In this document: positions 38,016 through 53,151 of the stretch, piece by piece | Position numbering within the stretch: position 1 is the stretch's first letter | Layout: every line of letters starts with the position of its first letter | Assembly (NCBI GenBank): GCA_002269645.1 | Contig: NIVC01002640.1 | Span: forward strand, 1 to 53,151 | DNA from: Macrostomum lignano | Lineage: Eukaryota | Direction of reading: 5' to 3' | DNA: 53,151 nucleotides | Position numbers and translations under genes: made by a program | Notes under the pieces: model-generated | Database searches by the model: none | The model's input: the letters and a program-made list of their open reading frames with translations, nothing else | Told to the model about the DNA's origin: nothing

Positions 38016-38737
38016 AGAGAAGATCTACAGAGCGAGATTCAGCGGTCAATGCATAGCTGGGCCTGCAGCCCATATCCAGAGCGGGATTCAGCGGCCAATG
38101 CATAGCTGGGCCTGCAGCCCATATCCAGGATGCGCCCCGCCCCGGACAGCCCGAAGAGGTGTGTTTTTTCGACCGCATCCCAACCGCATCCCGATTAGGG
38201 CGAATTCGGCGGCGCAGCTCTGAGGGGGGGATCGCCGCCTCGGCGGATTGCTGGGCCGCTCGGGCGTGGCAAATTTGATGACAAAATCAATTTCCCCAGA
38301 AATGTCCCAGAGAGCACTTGAGTCCTCGGCTTGGATCGAGCCGGAGCAGGGAGGGGGGAGTGAAGAGGGAGTAGGCGAGCGGTAAAGAAGATGGAGGTGC
38401 GGAAGCTGGGAACGGTTTGAAAACGAGTCCCAGAGGCTGGGGAGGCATTGGGGTGATATTTTTGTGATTTCTTGGCCACTCGCCGCGCGAATCTATTTCT
38501 GTATGTCTCTCGTCTGCATCCGTTTGCGCCAAGAGAGAGAAGTCGCCCGCTGCCTTAAGAGGCGGCAGGACACGATTTTTCACGGCCCATTCCGCTGGGT
38601 CTCTCCTCTCTGCTGGCCTCGCTTAATGATCCGTCTGCGGCTTCTCCTGGGATTATCATATTCGATTTTTCTCCCCCCCCCCCGGCCGGCCCTTAATCAG
38701 GGCTGTCCTGATGGCTAACTTGTCGATTTCTGCTTGG

Positions 38738-39190
38738 AGCGGATAAGGGAGGAGAGAGCGGATAAGGGAGGAGAGAGCGGATAAGGGAGGAGAGAGCGGA
38801 TAAGGGAGGAGAGAGCGGATAAGGGAGGAGAGAGCGGATAAGGGAGGAGAGAGCGGATAAGGGAGGAGGGAGCGGATAAGGGAGGAGGGAGCGGATAAGG
38901 GAGGAGGGAGCGGATAAGGGAGGAGGGAGCGGATAAGGGAGGAGGGAGCGGATAAGGGAGGAGGGAGCGGATAAGGGAGGAGGGAGCGGATAAGGGAGGA
39001 GAGAGCGGATAAGGGAGGAGGGAGCGGATAAGGGAGGAGGGAGCGGATAAGGGAGGAGAGAGCGGATAAGGGAGGAGGGAGCGGATAAGGGAGGAGGGAG
39101 CGGATAAGGGAGGAGAGAGCGGATAAGGGAGGAGGGAGCGGATAAGGGAGGAGGGAGCGGATAAGGGAGGAGGGAGCGGATAAAGGGAGC
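38738..39190. repeat. 19-bp purine-rich minisatellite (AGCGGATAAGGGAGGAG(A/G)G)
   Basis: Read directly. Confidence 0.95.
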
Positions 39191-39288
39191 GACCAATGCG
39201 TAGCAAAAAAACAGAAAGAGGCAGATGCTGATGGAAATGGGCGCTGCTAACCGGGCCTTCCCGCCTTTCAACTTTGCTTTTCGCGCAG

Positions 39289-41734
39289 CCCTGAAGGAGG
39301 CCTTCAACTTTTTCGACATCGACCACGACGGCCGAATCACGGCTGGCGAGCTGCACAAGGTGCTGAAATTCCTCGGCACAAAGGTCACGGAGAACGAGGT
39401 CAAGATGATGATTGCGGATGTTGACAGCGATGGTGAGTTTGCGGGGTAAAGCTCGGGCTTCAGTTTGCTGCTGTGTGTTGCTAAGCTGCTCCTCCTCCGC
39501 CCCTGTCTTAGGCAATGGCACAGTCGAGTTCAACGAGTTCCTCAAAATGATGAAGAAATACTACAGGAAGAATGCTCACTGCCACACCGAGGATGCCGAC
39601 ATGTGGGAGGCCTTCAAGGTGAGTCGCAACCGGCCAAATGGTTCACTGTCACTAACCTACTCCTGTCACTGACCTACTCCTGTCACTAACCTACTCCTGT
39701 CACTGACCTACTCCTGTCACTAACCTACTCCTGTCACTGACCTACTCCTGTCACTAACCTACTCCTGTCACTGACCTACTCCTGTCACTGACCTACTGTC
39801 ACTGACCTACTCCTGTCACTGACCTACTCCTGTCACTGACCTACTCCTGTCACTAACCTACTCCTGTCACTGACCTACTCCTGTCACTGACCTACTGTCA
39901 CTGACCTACTGTCACTGACCTACTGTCAGTGACCTACTCCTGTCACTGACCTTCTCCTGTCACTGACCTACTCCTGTCACTGACCTACTCCTGTCACTGA
40001 CCTACTCCTGTCACTGACCTACTCCTGTCACTGACCTACTCCTGTCACTGACCTACTGTCACTGACCTACTGTCACTGACCTACTCCTGTCACTGACCTA
40101 CTCCTGTCACCCACTCGCACCTGTCACTGACCTACTCCTGTCACTGACCTACTCCTGTCACTGACCTACTCCTGTCACCCACTCGCACCTGTCACTGACC
40201 TACTCCTGTCACTGACCTACTCCTGTCACTGACCTACTCCTGTCACTGACCTACTCCTGTCACTGACCTACTCCTGTCACTGACCTACTCCTGTCACTGA
40301 CCTACTCCTGTCACTGACCTACTCCTGTCACCCACTCGCACCTGTCACTGACCTACTCCTGTCACCCACTCGCACCTGTCACTGACCTACTCCTGTCACT
40401 GACCTACTCCTGTCACTGACCTACTCCTGTCACTGACCTACTCCTGTCACTAACCTTCTCCTGTCACCCACTCGCACCTGTCACTGACCTACTCCTGTCA
40501 CTGACCTACTCCTGTCACTGACCTACTCCTGTCACCCACTCGCACCTGTCACTGACCTACTCCTGTCACTGACCTACTCCTGTCACTGACCTTCTCCTGT
40601 CACCCACTCGCACCTGTCACTGACCTACTCCTGTCACCCACTCGCACCTGTCACTGACCCATACTCACCCTGAATATGCATTCATAGTTACTTATGGAGA
40701 ACGACGAATATTAAGGAATCAATGACCCGCAGGCCTTCGACCATAACGGCGACAACTACATAGACTTTGCCGAGATCAAGAAGACTATGCACTTCCTAGG
40801 CGAAGAGGTCTCGGACGAGGACGTCCAGTCCATGATTAACGAGGCCGATGCTGACAACGATGGCCGGATCAACTTTGAGGGTGAGTAAGAAGTGTGGGTG
40901 GAGTTAAAAAAGATATAAGTGAGGAGAGAGTGGATAAGAGAGGAGAGAGCGGATTCGATGATGGAGAGAGAGGATTCGATGATGGAGAGAGCGGATTCTG
41001 ATGGAGAGAGCGGAATCGATGATGGAGAGAGCGGATTCTGATGGAGAGAGCGGATTCTGATGGAGAGAGCGGATTCGATGATGGAGAGAGCGGATTCGAT
41101 GATGGAGAGAGCGGATTCGATGATGGAGAGAGCGGATTCGATGATGGAGAGAGCGGATTCGATGATGGAGAGAGCGGATTCGATGATGGAGAGAGCGGAT
41201 TCGATGATGGAGAGAGCGGATTCGATGATGGAGAGAGCGGATTCGAATGATGGAGAGAGCGGATTCGATGATGGAGAGAGCGGATTCGATGATGGAGAGA
41301 GCGGATTCGATGATGGAGAGAGCGGATTCGATGATGGAGAGAGCGGATTCGATGATGGAGAGAGCGGATTCGATGATGGAGAGAGCGGATTCGATGATGG
41401 AGAGAGCGGATTCGATGATGGAGAGAGCGGATTCGATGATGGAGAGAGCGGATTCGATGATGGAGAGAGCGGATTCGATGATGGAGAGAGCGGATTCGAT
41501 GATGGAGAGCAATAGGTAAAAAGTTCCAAACCAAAAAAATGGCAGTTTCCATTCCTGCTGCTGGCTAAATTTCACAAGCGCTCGATTACTCACAGAGTGC
41601 GGTGGGAAATGTCTGAAATGCATAAAAGTGCAGATGGAGAACTTCTTCACAACCCGTCTCCACCCTGCCTGCCGCTTTCAGAGTTCAAGAAGATGATGCT
41701 GGTGATGCAGCAACGGGGCGAGAACCACTGCTAA
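39289..41734 (+). CDS. Calmodulin-like four EF-hand protein, firm exons join(39289..39432,39512..39618,40733..40880,41682..41734); N-terminus lies upstream
   Basis: Spliced translation gives four canonical 12-residue loops (DIDHDGRITAGE, DSDGNGTVEFNE, DHNGDNYIDFAE, DADNDGRINFEE). Boundaries are AG/GT with phases 1,1,0,1, and the stop TAA is at 41732-41734. Too divergent to be canonical calmodulin. Confidence 0.92.
39645..40640. repeat. 17-bp minisatellite (CTACTCCTGTCACTGAC), calmodulin-like intron
   Basis: Read directly. Confidence 0.95.
40920..41510. repeat. 21-bp minisatellite x~27 (GAGAGAGCGGATTCGATGATG), calmodulin-like last intron
   Basis: Read directly. Confidence 0.95.
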
Positions 41735-43639
41735 GCCAACGGTCTCTCAGCGCCTCCCCCCTCCTCTTCTGATCCCCAGCAATGAATCAGTGCTCCCTCC
41801 GCTGCCTTGAGCAGATTTTCACCTCATTTTGGCCTGTTGCGCCCGTAGACCCCACCGACTCCCCCTGATTAGGTACGAATTAATTAACGCAATCTGCGGT
41901 GTCTCTGGCCGTCCTTCAGCAGCTCCCTTCCCCGCTCCCTTCATCGCGGCCTTCGCGGCCGCTCCGTGTTAATTTCCTCTCTGTGCACTTATAGCAAACC
42001 TGGATCGCATTGCAATATTGCGTATATTCCTGTCTTTGTGTTTTTTCTCTCTCCTTTTTACTCTCTAATTAATCTACTGCTAGTAGTAATTGATGCTAAT
42101 CACCGTTTCCTAAAACTTCGGCAATCATTCTGACTCATTTATTTTATGGCTGCTGCCGCAATCCGTGTAATAATAATTATTTTTCCACGTGCAATTATGG
42201 ACGAAGTATTTTAATTAAACACCTGGCTGATTTTAATTGGCTGGAATTGGCTCTGTACATTGAGAAACCCATTGGAAAGGCTTCCGCGTATATAGCGGTG
42301 CCCTTCAAAATCTGGCCTTGTCCTCCAGTGTACATCGAGCAACATGTACTTTTCCTCCCCAGCCCCCATTAATTATGAATCTCAATCAGTTTGGCCAGGC
42401 GTTTATTGAGCCAATCGTCCAGCTTTGCGGACAGAATTTTCATTATTAAAAATTATAAACTTTTCTATTCCTCCTACTAAAAAACGGGTAGTCTTCTACA
42501 CTACTCGCAGTAGCTTGCGCCATCTGTTTATATTTATACAAAAATATTGTAAAATTGATTCAGCATATTTTGGGTGTCCCCTGCCCCCCCCCCCACCCCC
42601 TAGACCTCACAGAGATATTTTCTGGACTTAAATTCCGTTAGAATTTGTACTACTTATTTTCTTGGTAAATCATTCTTCTTTTTCATGCATTGAATTGTCT
42701 TCATCTGCAGTCTCGGCACACATGTGGATTTTCGGCTTTTCATTCCTTTTCTAGCCATTCTGCCCTTTTGTTGCGGGGCAACCATTCAACTACAAAATTA
42801 ATATTGTAATCACAAATGATTACATTAGCGGCAACCTGTAAATACGGTCTCCTACCTGTTTTATACTATCTTTCTCCTATATAAGTGGACTGTTTGGCCC
42901 AGCCGCCTGCTCTCCACAATATTTTCTGTCCCTGCACGCTAATTATCATAATTATTCATAGCGATTCGATAATAACTCCATTACAATAGCAGATATTTAA
43001 TATTCCTGTTTTACTGTACCGCCTGCTACTCTCTAGTTACCGATTTCCGCGCACCTGCCAGCGGCTCTGCTTTTCTACTGTTCATCTCAGCTGTTGTATT
43101 TATTTTTCCATTGTCTGAATTTCACAAATCGCTGTTTTTTTCGCTCTGTTGGTTCAGATTTTGTGTCTATTTTTCCATCTCTTTTCTCTGTCTCTGCGCA
43201 CAGCCAGCCGCTGTCCTTTGTTTCCTCTGCAACTCTGCTCGACTACTCTCGTCTGCTGCCAAGCCAGTAGTATGAGAGAGTTGTTTCAAACCTCGCATAA
43301 TTTTATTCATTAGGCAATAATCTTGACCCCCAATATATGAGGGCATTGCGCTAGCAACTCCGTTTTATTTTCTGCGGAATAATGTCCTGCGAGCGCTAAC
43401 TTCTGATCGGGAGCCTCTCTTTTTATTTTTTCTTTCTATAATTTGCGATGCAGTACAACTGAAGCTGCTCGGCATGCCTGGCTGCAGCAGCTGCATGCAG
43501 TGTCGATTTTGCAACATACACCGATTAGCGAATGGGTGCGCGTTTGGCAAAGTATTTTCTAACTCTGTCACCATTGCAATTGCCGCCTTTGAGAGATCGG
43601 TCTTCGATCTTTTTTGTTCTCTATTTACATTTGTGCAGT

Positions 43640-44230
43640 CAATTCGTCTCCCCAACCCTCTCCACTGTGTGTGGTGCAGGAGAACTCGTCTCTCCAAGCC
43701 CCACACCGTGTGTACATTAGTGCAGGAAAACTCGTTTCTCCAACCCCCCACACCGTTGTACATTGGTGCAGGAAAACTCGTTTCTCCAACCCCCACCACA
43801 CCCTCTGTACATTGGTGCAGGGAACTCGTTTCTCCAACCCCCAAACTCTGTACATTGGTGCAGGAAAACTCGTTTCTCCAACCCCCACCCTCTGTAGATT
43901 GGTGCAGGAAAACTCATCTCTTTAACCACCCACTGTGTGTACATTGGTGCAGGAAAACTCGTTTCTCCAACCCCCACCACACCCTCTGTACATTGGTGCA
44001 GGGAACTCGTTTCTCCATCCCCACACCCTCTGTACATTGGTGCAGGGAACTCGTTTCTCCATCCCCACACCCTCTGTACATTGGTGCAGGGAACTCGTTT
44101 CTCCATCCCCACACCCTCTGTACATTGGTGCAGGAAAACTCTTCTCTCCAACCACCCACTGTGTGTACATCGGTGCAGGAAAAGTGATCACCCCAGAGCC
44201 TCTTCTGCATGCACACTGGTGCAGGAAAAG
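43640..44230. repeat. ~39-42-bp minisatellite (GTACATTGGTGCAGGAAAACTCGTTTCTCCAACCCCCAC..)
   Basis: Read directly. Confidence 0.9.
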
Positions 44231-44787
44231 TTGTTATTCTTTCATCAACCAGTCGAAGAAGACAAAGCGATGCAGCGTATGAGTTGTGTACAACTAAACA
44301 ACAAAATCAAGAACACAGAAAGATGCAATCCAGTCCTCCACAATTGAATGCCACGGATACGACAGCAAGGAAATAATAAGTAGTGTTTGAAATATAATGT
44401 TGGAGTTCAATATTATCATTTTTAAGTACTGAGCTATTCGTGGGTAATTAATTACTCGCAGTTGTTAAATAAAGCTTCAATTACTTTCAAACATTAACTA
44501 ATTAAAATTCCTATGCACACTATAACTGTCTACGCTATGCGCGAGGTTGCTCACAGTAGTCGAAATGATTAAAAATTGAATGGCGCTCTGGCTTGCTCAT
44601 GAGTAGTATCTTGTGCGTATCGTTAAAGTGTTCACGTAAAGCTATTTATGGTACAATAATAATCGCGTGCGGTCGGTTAAAATATTGTCTCACTGCTAAA
44701 ATCATAATCTATGTCTCCGTGCTACGGCATTGCTCATCGAGATGGGCAGGTCCGAGTCCGAGTCAGGTCAGGTCAAGCCAGGTGAGA

Positions 44788-52256
<7,469 letters not shown>

Positions 52257-53151
52257 GGTCGCGGGTCTGTGGGGGTTTGGGGCCCGTTTTCTTCAGACCC
52301 TGCTCGACTCCGCTACTTTGTTCTGGCAGATAAACTTTGAGCTTTTTTGACCATTTTCCCCTCGTTCTCATCTCGCAGTCTTTTGCGCTCTCCAGCCTGC
52401 GCTCAGTTTTCTTCTTTCCTTTCTTTACCTTTAGGCCACCTGAGCCCGCCTTCTTTCCCCCGATCTGCCATTGTGCTCAGCCCCCCCCCCCACTTGCACC
52501 CCAAAGTTGCAGCCTGAGCTGCCGGCAGCACCCCCTCCGCCCGCCGCGACATCCGCAGAACATGACGCCGGCTTTCATTGGGCTGCACGCCAAGAAATAT
52601 CGGCGCACGTATTGAGACCTTCTGGGGCCGCCTTTTTATCTCTGCAGACCCCCGGAGCGCCGCTACCCGCCTGCTCAGCAGGCCGCTTCCGGTCCAAGTC
52701 GCCTGCTCTCGCGCGCCGGTTTCCCGACCAGGCATCCATCATGTTCCAGCGGATTGCAGCCCCCGCCAGGCAGTCATGCGACCCCAAGCACTGAGAGCAG
52801 CGGCTGCTGCACAATAAGAAACTGACGCTCCATCCTCAGGGCTCAGAGTCTGGCAGCAGACCTACCAGCCTTCGGCTTTTGAAATTTCTTTCCATTCTCA
52901 GCTTTCAATTCTTTTCCGGCGCGGCTCGGCCTGCAAACATCCGCCAGCTCCCCCCTGGCCCACGGAGCTGGCCCGGAATCTGGCAGATCATCGCTGGACC
53001 GAATGAAGAAGAAATTCAAATTTCAACGATCAGCCTCTCGCCCCGCGGCAGGGGCGGGCCCCGAATATCCTCTTAGAAGCAGACTGCTTGAGGATGCTTG
53101 AAGAGGAGCGCCAGCATCTCAGCGGCATCAGATGTCAACGGCAGATTTCCG

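Overview
Eukaryotic (metazoan, invertebrate-like) genomic DNA, not prokaryotic. Four protein-coding genes are supported. ARL6/BBS3 is single-exon on the minus strand. UBXN6/UBXD1 has 3 exons on the plus strand and diverges from ARL6. A four-EF-hand calmodulin-like gene lies on the plus strand, with 4 firm exons and 1-2 inferred upstream exons. A vesicular monoamine transporter (VMAT, SLC18A1/2-like) has 10 exons on the minus strand and converges with the calmodulin-like gene. There are three DNA transposons, each with TIRs and a TSD readable in the sequence: a hAT-like non-autonomous element, an internally deleted IS630/Tc1 element, and a full-length DD34D mariner with two frameshifts. About a third of the window (my tally, ~17 kb) is about 28 distinct micro/minisatellite arrays, and every modelled intron longer than ~300 nt carries one. 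Most long ORFs in the supplied track are artefacts of these repeats. The style (GC-rich exons, GTGAG donors, satellite-filled introns) resembles the flatworm Macrostomum lignano, but this is inference only. The best second-look items are a sharply bounded CpG-erased domain between ARL6 and UBXN6, an RFX X-box beside ciliary ARL6, a ~24-copy AP-1/ARE array, satellites that abut or supply splice sites, and small indels in ARL6, VMAT and the mariner (assembly error or a decaying copy). I found no CRISPR array, no RNA gene and no convincing novel multi-gene system.
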